NCBI RefSeq assembly: GCF_018350175.1
Contig: NC_058368.1
Span: 151,220,001 to 151,284,000, forward strand
Direction of reading: 5' to 3'
Length of the DNA: 64,000 bases
DNA from: Felis catus
Taxonomy: Eukaryota
Positions 1 to 11,264 of this stretch are shown piece by piece. A program made the position numbers and the translations under genes. Under the pieces are notes generated by a model, which saw only the letters and a program-made list of their open reading frames with translations, was not told where the DNA came from and made no database searches. How positions within the stretch are numbered: position 1 is the first letter of the stretch; each line of letters starts with the position of its first letter.

Positions 1-302
1 CTCCACCATATCAAACATGCTAATGACGTGAACTAACTTCATGAAACTTTAAACACACTGGTGTGACAAGAACGAGTCAGGAGTGATTTCAATAACTGAT
101 GGCAAACGGATAAGACTATCTAAAAAGTTACTTTTAGCAACAGACAAGGAAATCACATAATCTAAAAAAGAGAATGCACAACAAGCCTCAACTTCAGCCT
201 TCAAAGAGGAACAGACTCAGTGCCGTGGAATATACTGATGCAGATTTGAGAGACAATACCCAGGCTATTTCTATTTCCTCGAGAAATGTCAGGGGTACTT
301 AC

Positions 303-530
303 ATGAAGGAAGCCCCGATCAGATTAGTCCTTGGGATATTTTCCTTTCTTAAGAGAGAGAGAGAGAGAAAAAAAAAATAACAATAATCTTTACTTCGTCC
401 AGCCTTGAAGTGTTTCTCCACCTGATTCAAACATGCAGCCACGGCGACCCACACAGAACCTTCAAAGTCAATCCAATAGCAGCCTGAAGATGTCTGGGTG
501 TACGCGTGTGCTCAAGTGTCTGTGACTGCG
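303..530 (-). other. MEF2C: MEF2C proximal (CpG-island) non-coding first exon; TSS approximate, may extend to ~740
   Basis: Minus strand reads ...AGTCACAGACACTTGAGCACACGCGTACACCCAGACATC...GGACTAATCTGATCGGGGCTTCCTTCAT|gtaagtac, with the donor GT at 302-301. This matches the recalled main MEF2C 5' UTR. Confidence 0.88.
390..434 (-). other. Upstream ORF in MEF2C exon 1 (MFESGGETLQGWTK*, 14 aa)
   Basis: ATG at 434-432 and TAA at 392-390, read directly. The -3 base is T (weak Kozak context). Translation is not demonstrated. Confidence 0.55.
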
Positions 531-636
531 AGCAGAGCGAGCAGAGAGCTGGAGACGAAGTGTGTGCGCGCGCGGGGGGAGCGCGCGCGGGGGAGGCGCG
601 CGCGGGGTCGCGCATTCGCGCGTTCCGAGGCCGCTC

Positions 637-733
637 GGAAGAGGAGGAGGAGGAGAAGGAGGTGGAGGAAGAGGAGGAGGAAAAGAAGGAGGAAGAGGAG
701 GAGGAGGAGGAGGAAGAGGAGGAGGAGGAGAAA
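637..733 (+). repeat. Polypurine (GAG/GAA)n tract
   Basis: About 97 nt of nearly pure GGA/GAA with a single T. Confidence 0.95.
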
Positions 734-1692
734 GTAGCTCTCAGCAGCCGGCCGGATTAAAAGTAACCAGACTCGTCCAGAAAACTGCGTCCAGGAAGGA
801 AGTGACAGAAGACGAATGGGAAAAGGAGAGCCGCTCGCAGCCTTTGAAACATCGCGTAAAAAAGGCGGGGGGGGGGGGGGCGCAGAGGGGAGTGGTGGAA
901 GGATATTGGGAGGGGAGACGGGGGTGGCAGGGAAAACGGAGCAGACGGGCTTGGGGTTCTAAGCAGCACGTCCTAAGAAGTGCTTCTTGCTTCTTTTTTC
1001 CCCTTTATTTTGTCCTTGCCCTTGCCTTTGCCTCGCGCTGCCTTTTCCTCTCCGTCTCTCTCTCTCCCTCACAATCCCAAACCGTTGACTCTCTCCTCGC
1101 GAGCTAGAGAAATCATCAGTTTCACTCTCTCAAAAGGGGGGCGGGACTAGACCTCGGAGCATTTTAATAAAACAAACATACAGCAGTTCCCTCCTCACCC
1201 CTCCAGTCTCAACTAGATTGATAAATTACTCCACTACACTACTTTAATTATGTATATGGTATGCAGAATAAATCACTGAACATCAGTACCTCAATCAAGC
1301 ACTTTTAAATGATAATTGCATCTTGGTGAATCAATCTTTCCATTCCTGACATTTTGCTAATTTTAGTTTTACGGTGGGGTAATGGCACATGCCATACGCA
1401 AACCTAATGACAATTCTTTATTGCACGAAATGAAGACAACATCGCGAGCGGCGGCTCCCCGCTCTCCCCACGCTGCCGCTGAGAACGCTCGGAGAACCCT
1501 CTCCGGCTGCCGCGCGCTCGCTCCCCGGGGACTCTGCGAGCCAGCCAGCAGGAAAGTCCTTCTAAAGTCGGAATCTTTCCTCTGACCAATAGGAGCGCGA
1601 CCCTAATAGTTGCTCTCGTGACTTTTCCCCTGTTTGGAGACGTGTTAACCACTTCTTTCTTCCACCGGTCCGAGCGCTCCTCTGTTACTCAC

Positions 1693-1800
1693 GCGTAGAA
1701 GCCACCGTCCAGGATGTCTGCAGCACTCGATTCCAGCGCGCTTTTCCTGCACGCCCAGAATAGGCGGTTTTCGGCCCTGAAAGGCTGGAGGGCTAAAAAG
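1693..1800 (-). other. Candidate additional MEF2C alternative first exon (5' end unknown)
   Basis: Strong minus-strand donor CGC|gtgagtaa (GT at 1692-1691) inside the CpG island. Confidence 0.35.
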
Positions 1801-4419
1801 CGTGCCGAAATACTTCTCATGTGTTAGTAATGTACAAAATAATAAAATAATTACCAGTATTTGAAATCTCGACTTCATCGCGGGGCCATGAACTTTCTAA
1901 TCAGTTTGGAAATATTTACCGAGGCGGCAGCTTCCTCGGAGATTTCCCCCCTCCCAACGCCTACTTCTATCTCTTCCACACCTTACTGGATTTTATCCAG
2001 AGCATTAGCATGTAAACCAAACCAACTTCCCAAATGCATTAGGCTTCCCTATCCCGATAGCTGATGACTTCACTTATCCTGAAGAGTTTCAGCTGCACAG
2101 GAAGCAGAAATAGAGACTGATAAGGAAGATACTTATGTTAAGGTTGAAGCACAGTAAACACTTGACCTTACCAAAAAAAAAAAAAAAAAAGACAAAAAGG
2201 AAAAAAAAAGGTTAATATTCAAGATTTAGGAAAGGCTACTAGGGGTTGGGCACTTCCCTTCTAGCCAATTACACCACACCCCCAAAAATCAAAATACACC
2301 AACTAGTACACAAACCATAAAAATACAAGACTGCATGCCAGTAGAACTATATAGATCATATAAAATGTTTAAACCAAATTAAAATTTTTTAATGTGAAAG
2401 GAAGAAAAGAAATTGGGGAAATACAACATACAGAGGTAGACAATAGGAGTATACTGTAACTAATTAAAGATAATTCCTCACTTTAAAAAATTCCTTTTAG
2501 CACTATGTGTTTAACCCAATGACTAGTTGCATTTCCTGTTAAGTTCTGCACTATGCCTCTAGACTATTTTAATGCATGAGGACAGTGTGATTCAAAAAGC
2601 CTCCTGCTTCATTGTAGGGGCTATTTGATGTGAGTAGCTTTTCTCAGAAGAGCAGGCTCAACATTCAGGTGTCTGCCCCAAGGCTTCACTTGAAAGGAGA
2701 AGGCTGATTTTACAGGCAAGTACAACCAGATCTGAACAATCTTCAGGCTTCTGGCTCATCAGCATTGTGACTATCAGCACAGCTAAGATGAGTCTCTTGC
2801 TTTTATTATAGGAAAGCATGGCATACTGTTACAAAGCAAAAGCCATCTGAAATAGTATTATTTCTTGCAGATTAGTATCTACAGTATATTTATTTGCCTG
2901 TTTGTTTTTCATACTACTATCATGAATTCATTTTAATAATATGGCAGAGATAATCTATATCAGGTTTTTATTTAAGGTACAATTCTAAAAAAAGAATCCC
3001 AAAATTTAAAGGGCATAGTCATTTTGAATAATAAGATATGTCTATATATGGTGGTAAAAATGAAATTAATTTAATTTTTTCCAGATTCACAAATGTGTTG
3101 ACAAAGCAAAACATTTGTAGGAACATCTAAGTGTGTTTTCATAAGGCCTGAAATTAATGCAATGAATTGCAACAGCCTATTTTACATGAGCAAATGGACA
3201 TAGGTGATACATGACTTTCAACCATACTATTTTTGATGGATTATAGATTATTTGTATTTACCACAGTGCCCTTCAGATTTTGATGGTTTTCCTTCAAAAA
3301 GAAACTATTTTACCTTTTAACATCCTTAGAAATTATTTAATAATAAGCATTATAATAAACCCATCATTATCAATGGTAGTACAAGAATTGGAAAATATGT
3401 ATAACCCCTCACTGTGGATAATTTGGAAATAATTTGGATCTGGAATGTATCACAGTTGGCCTTTTAAAATATAAGATATTCCCCTCAGCAGATTTAGCTT
3501 CTTAATTATGTGTGACCTAAGTTAATATTAGCATTAGTTTCCTTCCCATGAGCCTTTATAGTTGAAGCAGAACAGAAGAGGTTGTGCAGAAATATACAAT
3601 GGAAAGTCACAGAGATTTAAAATTATTCATTGGTAATCCATAAAGTGGTTAATACAAAATGTGCTTTGCATTCTTCTTTAATACTCTGCGGATTTTTTGT
3701 TTGTTTTTTGTTTGTTTTTTACTAAAATCACCCTGATCTTTGCCACCTAATGGTACTTGGCTAGTATCATAGTGTTTTTTTTGGTGTAGGGAGGAGCTTG
3801 TGCTAGGTGTTAGGAGGCCCATACTCTCTGGTTCAAGATTTGTGCCTAACTAATGAGTGTGTCCTTTCTGGGCTTTAGTTTGCTTATTCATTAAGTGAGT
3901 TAAGTGAATTCTTCGATCTATTCCAGTTCTATGATTGGTAAGTAAAAAATTCTTATACCTTGTAAGTCAATTGGATGCTAGTGGCCTATCATGTTAAATA
4001 AAAGGTGACAAATAATTTAAGATAAAATGATGTCTGAGATTGATGTACTATTTAAATAAGGTTTTTTCCCCTAATCATCGGGTATTTCCTTCATGAAATC
4101 ACTACTGTGTTTTATTATATATGTAAATATATAGTAACTCGTTCCCCCCAAAAAAGAATTGTTTAGCAATCTATTTCATTAAGTGCCACAGAAGTTCCAG
4201 AGAGCATAATCCTGAGGTCTTGAATCTGAGGAAAGCTAATTCCTAATTTCTGTTCAAGGTTGTGTACCATCTTACTCCACCCTCCTCTCTTTACTACTTC
4301 CCTACATTAAATCAGCAGTCTACCAAAACCCTGTTCACTGGGTATGCCTGCTTTTAAGCTTGGCCCACGCTGGGTGTAGCTCTTGAAGTGAGCTTTAAAA
4401 AATTATTTTAAAGTAAGCT

Positions 4420-4447
4420 GGGGCGGTTGCCACAGCAACCCACCCTA
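4420..4447. promoter_or_regulatory. GC box plus RFX X-box plus CACCC box
   Basis: GGGGCGG followed by GTTGCC-AC-AGCAAC (4426-4439), which fits the X-box consensus GTNRCC(N0-3)RGYAAC, then CCCACCC. Confidence 0.5.
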
Positions 4448-4888
4448 AGATGAAGAGAGGCTATAGATTAATCTACCCCTCAAGATTATTCAACTGTGTA
4501 GTATTTGTTCTTCAGCCAGAATGCTTTCAACACAAACATAATTGAACATAGAAGTTCAGAAAAATATAAAAAGTAGTAAGATACAAATTCCAATAGCATT
4601 AAAAATGTTATATCTTTTTATAGCTACAGTACAGATGACACACATAACTTCCCCTGAAATGGATTAATTGTAAAAAAGACTTGCAAAGGTAGGCCCTGAA
4701 AGGTGACATGTGAGCTTTAAACAAAATGACATGCTATTGCTTATAATGTAAAGCATACAATGGTCACATGACTCTTTATCACTTTTATAGGTGCCTACAT
4801 TACAAATACCTAATGGCCAAGAGTCTGGCAATTTTACCTTTACGAATTAACTTGGTGGTAAATGATATAACAAATGTTAAGCACTCAC

Positions 4889-4975
4889 CACATACACATA
4901 CAGTCATTTGCCTTCCATTCTTTACTTCATCTCTTCATAGAAGTTACTTCACAGTTTGCAACTCTTCTTTGGCAC
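4889..4975 (-). other. MEF2C: MEF2C internal non-coding 5' UTR exon (87 nt) of the distal-promoter transcript
   Basis: Acceptor cacattttaag|GTGCCAAAGAAGAGTTGCAAACTGTG... and donor ...TGTATGTG|gtgagtgc. Matches the recalled second exon of the human distal-promoter isoform. Confidence 0.85.
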
Positions 4976-6411
4976 CTTAAAATGTGTAAGTACAACAAGG
5001 TACATAATTAAAAAAAATCTTTTTTAAGAGTGTTGATATTAAAGTACATTCAAATAACTGTATTTCTAAAACTTCTAATCTGAAGTAACATTAGTGTTAA
5101 TTCTGATTTTAAACCACATGAATGTATATTAAACACAAAATTATTAAAATTACCATTAATTGTGAAAATACTTATAGCCTTTAACATAAATAGTGCCAAA
5201 TATCTAAATTTCAGAAATTCTTTAGGTACAGCTTTAGCCTATGCACAGTATACACCATATGGACTGCTTGTGATTGAGAATCTGCAATATGCAAAGGATT
5301 TGTTATTCCAAGCCAAGGTTTAATCATATCCTTTATCTCATATCTAAAGAGCCTATATTTATCTTTATTTTTGTACCTTTAATTTTGTATCTGATTAAGA
5401 ATTACAAAGGAGAAACTCAAATCCATCATATCCCAAGCTAACCAAATTTGTCAAGTTGGGATAATGAAGTTGCAGCTGAAGTTGCTGAAAGGGCTTATTG
5501 TATATGTCGCCTAAAGGCCAATTTTAAATACTTTGGGAATAGTGGTGTGGATTCAGTCGCCTTTATGAATTCTATTACCAATAATACCTTTTCCTTCCCA
5601 GCAGTTTGACTATACTGAGCGCAGACAAATACTCCTGTGTTCTAGTCTCTGCTTGAAACTAGCTTTCTATGACTTAGAGCGCACAAATGAACTTCTCCTT
5701 GGCTTCAGAGTGGGTCTACTCCTCCCAACCTTGAGACATATCAGACCACGATGGTCGATATTCATTTACCCATTTGTATTAGTAAGAAGACTTTTCATAG
5801 TGAAAACTCATTAAGATTTATAAAGCCTCTATATTTGGGTTGACATCCCTAACATTTATTTTTATTTTTAAATTGCATCAGTGAAGGAAAAATGAATTTT
5901 GGCTACTTTTATTTTAGGGGTGTTAGCCGAGTTTAGTCTTTTAAGACTCAGGCCCACAGTGAGTTAATTTAAATTTAGTGACTGGTAGTGAGTATCTGGT
6001 GACCTGCCGAATACCCTTTCTCCCAGCTCTGCTTGGTTTTACAGTCTGCTAAGTGGGAATCATAATACACATCTCCCAGGGCCTTTTCGTCTTACAGAAA
6101 TGCAATCTTCAAGGAATAATGTCCGAAAGATATGCTAAGGCTTTTAACAATGCCACTACAAATTATGATACATTTCTTCCTTTTTCTAGAACAGTATGCC
6201 CAAATAAGGCTAGATCAGTCATTTCCTTGCAAATGTGTGGCAGATTAAAAAGTATCCATATGCATGGTTAAATTTAATGGACTTTACCTTCACTTACAAA
6301 ATCGTTAAATGTTCATCGGAACATTGATTCTATCCCATCTCTCGAAATATCACAGAAACCTTCAAAGAATGGATTGTCACACTTCCCCCTTTATTTTTTC
6401 TAGATACTTCG

Positions 6412-6413
<2 letters not shown>

Positions 6414-6444
<31 letters not shown>
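6414..6444 (+). repeat. (GT)n microsatellite
   Basis: Read directly. Confidence 0.95.
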
Positions 6445-6445
<1 letters not shown>

Positions 6446-6479
6446 CCTTTAATTTTTAAAGATTTTTATCCAGGATCGG

Positions 6480-7750
6480 GGTGGGGGTGGGGGTTAAAAA
6501 TCTCGTCTTCGTTTTGGTGCCCCCTTCTTTGTCTGGGAAGCAGAGGGCTGGAATTCAGTTCGGACGGCCCCTTAAAGACCCAGACAGAGGACGCCTCTGG
6601 TTTCAGCAGCTCACTCCGCTGAGTTATTGATTGCAGGCAGCAACAATCCCTCCGGGTGATTTGTGTGGAAAGTGAATCCGCGCTGGCTGGGCGTTCACAG
6701 GGGCGCAACAGCCGCAACGCCATCCAATTATTGCCGGTCGTCCCCTCCAACACCGCTCTCCACCTATATACTCCTTTCTCTGCCCATCGCCGCTTCCCCC
6801 CACCCACTTTTCTCTGGAGCGGACCGACCTACCTACTCCAGCTCAGCCCGTCTCCGCTTCCCCCCACCCACTTTCCTCCGAGCGGACAGAGCCGAGGGGG
6901 CGGGGGCTCCCTCCCGGGAGTGTTTCTAGAGCTCCGAGGCAGCTAGTAGGGGGTGAGTGCGCCACGTGCGTGCGCCACGGGCGAGGAGGAGGCGGGCTCC
7001 GGGCCCTCCGGGGGCCTGTGGGCCTGGGTGCGCGGAGCGGGGGCGGGCTGTCTCGGCGGGGAGCGTGCCGGCTTGTGTCTTGAGGGGGATGTCACGGCTC
7101 GGGGGAAGGCGGCTGCTGGTTTGGCGGCGAGGCCGCGTGGTGGGCTGTGGAGAATGGGAGGAGGGCGCCACGGTGGTGGGTGGGCCCTAGAAACGCTCGG
7201 TGGCGGTGTTGGGGAGTTGCCGCGCTCATCTGGTTTGGGGATCGTGGGGCTATTTCCCCCAGGTTGGAGAAAGACGACCCCGGAGAGCTGGGGCTGAGTC
7301 CCGAGCCTGGCGCCCAGGAAACCCACCTACGCACGGTGCACAAAGCGGTGGCACGCGGTCGGCGTCCGGCGGCCCTGGCCGCCCCGCGTGCTCTGAGTGG
7401 TGTGCGCGCCTGGGGGAGAGGGAGCGCGGCAGGCGCGGGTCCGGCCGCCGCCCCTGGCCCGGCCGCCGCCCCTGGCCCGCCAGTCAGCCCGGTTTTTCAC
7501 CTGACGGACCAATAGGAAAGGACGCGGTCTCAGAGCTGGATTTTATAGCCCAATCTCTCAGGGTCTACACGATTATTTAAAAAAAAAAAAAAAAAACTAA
7601 CGGCCAACTGCTGGCTCTGGTAGTTCAGCTGCCTCGTTGGTCTGTGCGCGTCTTGGCTAGGGAAAGGCCGCAAGCTACACGACAAATGGGAGTCTAGGGA
7701 GAAAAGACACGAAACCCCCTAAACTTCCTTTCCGTTGCCGTCCCCTTTAT
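6480..7750. promoter_or_regulatory. Second CpG island; candidate promoter for an antisense lncRNA and/or another MEF2C first exon
   Basis: Very GC/CpG rich. CCAAT at 6724 and 7509, TATATA at ~6765-6770, several GC boxes, plus-strand donor GG|gtgagt at 6953, and minus-strand donor GGA|gtgagc at 6614. Confidence 0.8.
6790..6952 (+). ncRNA. Candidate first exon of an antisense lncRNA (MEF2C-AS1-like); start approximate
   Basis: Ends at the strong donor GGG|gtgagtg (GT 6953-6954), downstream of CCAAT/TATA-like motifs. Human has MEF2C-AS1 in this orientation. Confidence 0.4.
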
Positions 7751-7959
7751 TTGTTAGCACGTGAGAGCAGTGCCGGGGACTCTTGCAGAAATGCCATCAC
7801 GAAATGCAGATGTCTCGGCTGTCCTTTGATCTGCCTGTGGAGCTGTATCAAGGGCAGCAAGAGTGGTGGAAAGATCAATGCTCCAAAGGCATTGTCAAGT
7901 ACTCGGCTGAATAAATCAAAGGTGTGAAGTGTTTATATTGTCATGCTCTTGAAGCTGTA

Positions 7960-8162
7960 AGCTGCTACCAATATGGTAGCCGCTAGCCGCCTATGGCTCT
8001 TTAAGCTTATTAGAATTACATAAAATTTAAAATTCAGTCCCTCAGTTATACTGGCCACATTTTAAGTGCTCGGTAGCCACAGGCAGCTAGCGGCTACCTT
8101 ATTTGACTGCGAGATGTTGAACATTGCCATCATTGCATAAAGTTCTATTGGAATGTGCTGCT
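7960..8162. mobile_element. MER3-like hAT-Charlie non-autonomous DNA transposon
   Basis: Contains 'ccaatatggtagccgctagcc...aaattcagtccctcagttatactggccacattttaagtgctcggtagccac...ttctattggaatgtgctg', typical of MER3. Confidence 0.75.
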
Positions 8163-8889
8163 CTAGAGTTTTAAATGAATGCTGGTTAAAAAAAAAAAGA
8201 AAGAAAGAATCTGCTTTATGATACCAGCCAAATTTTAGGACACTCTTGGCATTTGCATTTCCTGGCACCAGTGTGGAAAGTTTTAAAGTCAGAATTTCCG
8301 TATCTTCTTGCTGAAAGAGGTCTAGGGAACATTTAACACAAGCACCTAATTTTTCACAGGGAAAACAAGTGGGGCCCGGAGAAGTTAAGAGATGCACCCC
8401 CAAACGATGCCATAAATTTAGAAAAAAGATAAGGTCACCAGAGCGGGTCTATCTAGTACACTTTGCGCCAGACGAGGGCACCTTGCCTGGGGTTGGCTAA
8501 GGCAAATGAACCCTACAGAAAAGGGGCCTGATGGAAGATTTTCCACAGCAGTACCCTTTTAGAAGAGAAAATACTTCTAAGCACGCCTCTAGGAAGAAAT
8601 TCTAGTAAGAATAAAGTGTGTGAGGGAATAGCACTGTCACCCAAACTAAAAATATATTCTTGGTAGCGTCATAGTTTCATATGACGTCTTCTAAAAGAGA
8701 CTAGTTGGATTAACGTTCTTATTTATACTTAAAAAATTCTGAGGAAATGGAATTATCCTTTTAAACTATGAGCTAAAAAGCACTCTTAAGGTGGGGGGGG
8801 GGGGAGGGGGGGGAAAGTGTCAGGTGAGGGTTGTTACCAAAGCATAGCTTCCTCAAATTCGATGAAGATACTATCAGGTACAAGTTATG

Positions 8890-8985
8890 GAACCTACCTT
8901 TGCTTCAGTTTCCCCATCTATAAAATGTGGAACATACTCTTAAACTTCGTTTTGAGGATTCAATGAGCCACCCAACATACAGCAC
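8890..8985 (+). mobile_element. MIR fragment
   Basis: Core 'cttcagtttccccatctataaaatg...gaggattcaatgag'. Confidence 0.65.
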
Positions 8986-10534
8986 AAGACTGGAAATTGG
9001 CAAACTGTACTAAAAGCCATTCTTACTCTCCTGTGAAGAATTTCAACTTCTACACCATCAAGTTCAGGATGAGAACTTCGTCAGTTTTATTTTTAAGAGG
9101 TAGAGATCTCTTCAGTCCTAAAATTCCCTGACCAAGGGGGTATACGTTCTTATTTCCCTTTCATAGGCATGGTGTCTCTAGTATACTCCAGACTTTCATT
9201 GTCTTATTATTATTATTATTTTTTTTGTCTTAAGGGATGCTTCTTTATACTTGTTAGCTGCTTGGTTGTTGAAAAGGCACTAGAAACTCCAAGTCCATCC
9301 TCTTTCACCCTGGTTGACCTTTGGAATGCTGTTGTCAGCCAAGAAGACATTGATATCTTCAGTCTCCTGCTAGCTTGAATTCTTTAGGGCAGAGCCTGCT
9401 CAGATTATCTCCTGATGTCATTCCAAATGTCTGATGGCCATCTATGGCAACGGGGCTGGGCCGAGGCCTTCCGGGAAGGGGGGGCCCATGGAATGCCTAA
9501 TGGAGCATTCTGTTCAAGAGAGACCTAGAGGTTGTTCTCTCTTGGATGCATGGTCAACATTACAGCTATGTCTAGAGGCCTGTTTGCTGCTTCTGGCAAA
9601 ACGGACGCCATAGACATTTTGCATTTTTGGTTTTAAATAAAATCCCACTTGGGATGTGTATGATTTCTTTTGATTTCAATTGGTGTAAATATGTATTAAA
9701 GAAGAAAAAAGGACTCAGAAAGTGTTAACAGTTAACAATTTATATCTGGTATTTCCTATTCCTGCTAACTCTTCTTATTAAGAACACCAAAATAAGACAA
9801 AGAAATCTCGAAAGGAGAGAATAAAGCCACCTCACTGCAAAATGTACCTTGTTTTATTTATCTCTCTAGGTAATTTTTTTGAAAGATGGTATTTTACTTA
9901 GTTGAGAGCTTTTAAAGTTACTTCTTAAATATTTTTTTTTACCTAAAATTTTAATCTAAGGAAAATAATACAATTTTTTTCAAGAAGACAAGATCATGCA
10001 TAGATTAAATGCTTCCCAATCATACTAGCTTTGAAAATAAGGAGATACGTAAGTATATCTATATTCTAATTTACTAGGAAAAAAGAGAATTAATTATCGT
10101 TATAAATGAAGTCTCTCTAAATTATTTTGGACTATGATGAAAATTAAAAGTAAAATGCAATAGAACTTTTAAATTTAAGTCAGGGCTTAACACTAGTTTG
10201 TTTTACCAGTATATTCTACTTCACTGTGACAAAGACCCAAACCAAAGAGGTCTGATTTCCTATAGATACTTTTTTTTTTTTTTACTAAATCTATAGTTAA
10301 CTATTTCAATGTGAATAATATTCATATTTGTAATACAATGCTATTTGTAGTATATGTGCAAAAATAATACTATCTTATTAGAATGACAGTTGAAAGAAAT
10401 CAATTTAAAGTGCCTAAGATTTAATGGCCATTCGCTATTTGTTCGTCTTGTATTAACTGCTTTAATTGATTTAATTGTATTAATGGTTTTATAAACTTTT
10501 TTCTTTTTATCCAAACAACAACCTCTCAGATAGA

Positions 10535-10692
10535 CACTACAGTTTTCTCCATTTTACATATTTTAACAACTTAAGTTTAAGGAGGTGATATTACTTGCCC
10601 AGGGTCTAATAGGTCATAAGTGCCAGACAAAGGACATGAACCTAGGTTAGTTTGTTTCCACTAGATGCCCTTAGCCATGATGCCGTACTGCT
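10535..10692 (-). mobile_element. MIR fragment
   Basis: 'ccattttaca...gaggtgatattacttgcccagggtc...tgaacctagg' is the reverse MIR core. Confidence 0.55.
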
Positions 10693-11264
10693 TCCTTAGA
10701 CTTATAACCTTTGCTCATTTATGGGGATGATGATATCAGGGGGTGATATAATCGATTTTTTTTCCCACCAGAAAATATTTCACAAATACATGTCATAACG
10801 TGTGTCATTCTCTTTAAGGTAGACAGCTTAGGAGGTTGTTTGCTTATTTCAGTAATGATGTCTTTAGCATCAGTCGCTATAGAAATCTCTCTAGGGGTTT
10901 GCTATGCAGCCTTAACAGTTTGCTTGTTGGCAAATCATTATCATTAATGATGAATTTGTTGGTGAAACTAAATCCAAACCAAAAGTGGTGAACAAGGTGG
11001 CTTCATGGAAACTATGATGTGATTATAAAGCAGATTATTTGTTATCTGGCACAGAAATTGACACTAATTGTAGATACAAAAGGGGATTTACAATGGTATT
11101 TCTGATGTGAACGTGTAGCCTGTAAGGAGACATTTTGGCAAGTAGCACTATTAAATCAGATACATTTTTAAAAAGTTAGTTACACTAATTCGAAGTTACA
11201 CGTTATGTATGAACATCCTGGGAAACACCTTTTCAAGGAATGTTCAACAGGCAGAGAAGGGTAA

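Larger units (their letters stand above)
440..1970. promoter_or_regulatory. CpG island / probable bidirectional promoter (MEF2C and antisense transcript)
   Basis: High CpG density in two blocks (~440-1160 and ~1440-1970), GC boxes, and a CCAAT box at 1586-1590. Confidence 0.85.

Noticed and set aside
498..1107. Overlapping ORFs giving poly-Arg, poly-Glu and poly-Gly peptides (79, 84 and 181 aa)
   Set aside because: These are three readings of the GAG/GAA repeat in a CpG-island promoter, with GTG starts and no domain; stop-codon depletion in GC-rich DNA explains them.
6466..7580. Dense cluster of 60-127 aa ORFs on both strands
   Set aside because: Typical CpG-island artefact: Pro/Gly/Ala/Arg low complexity with no recognisable protein.
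8793..8813. G12-A-G8 run
   Set aside because: G4-capable, but it is a simple homopolymer prone to sequencing error and has no supporting context.
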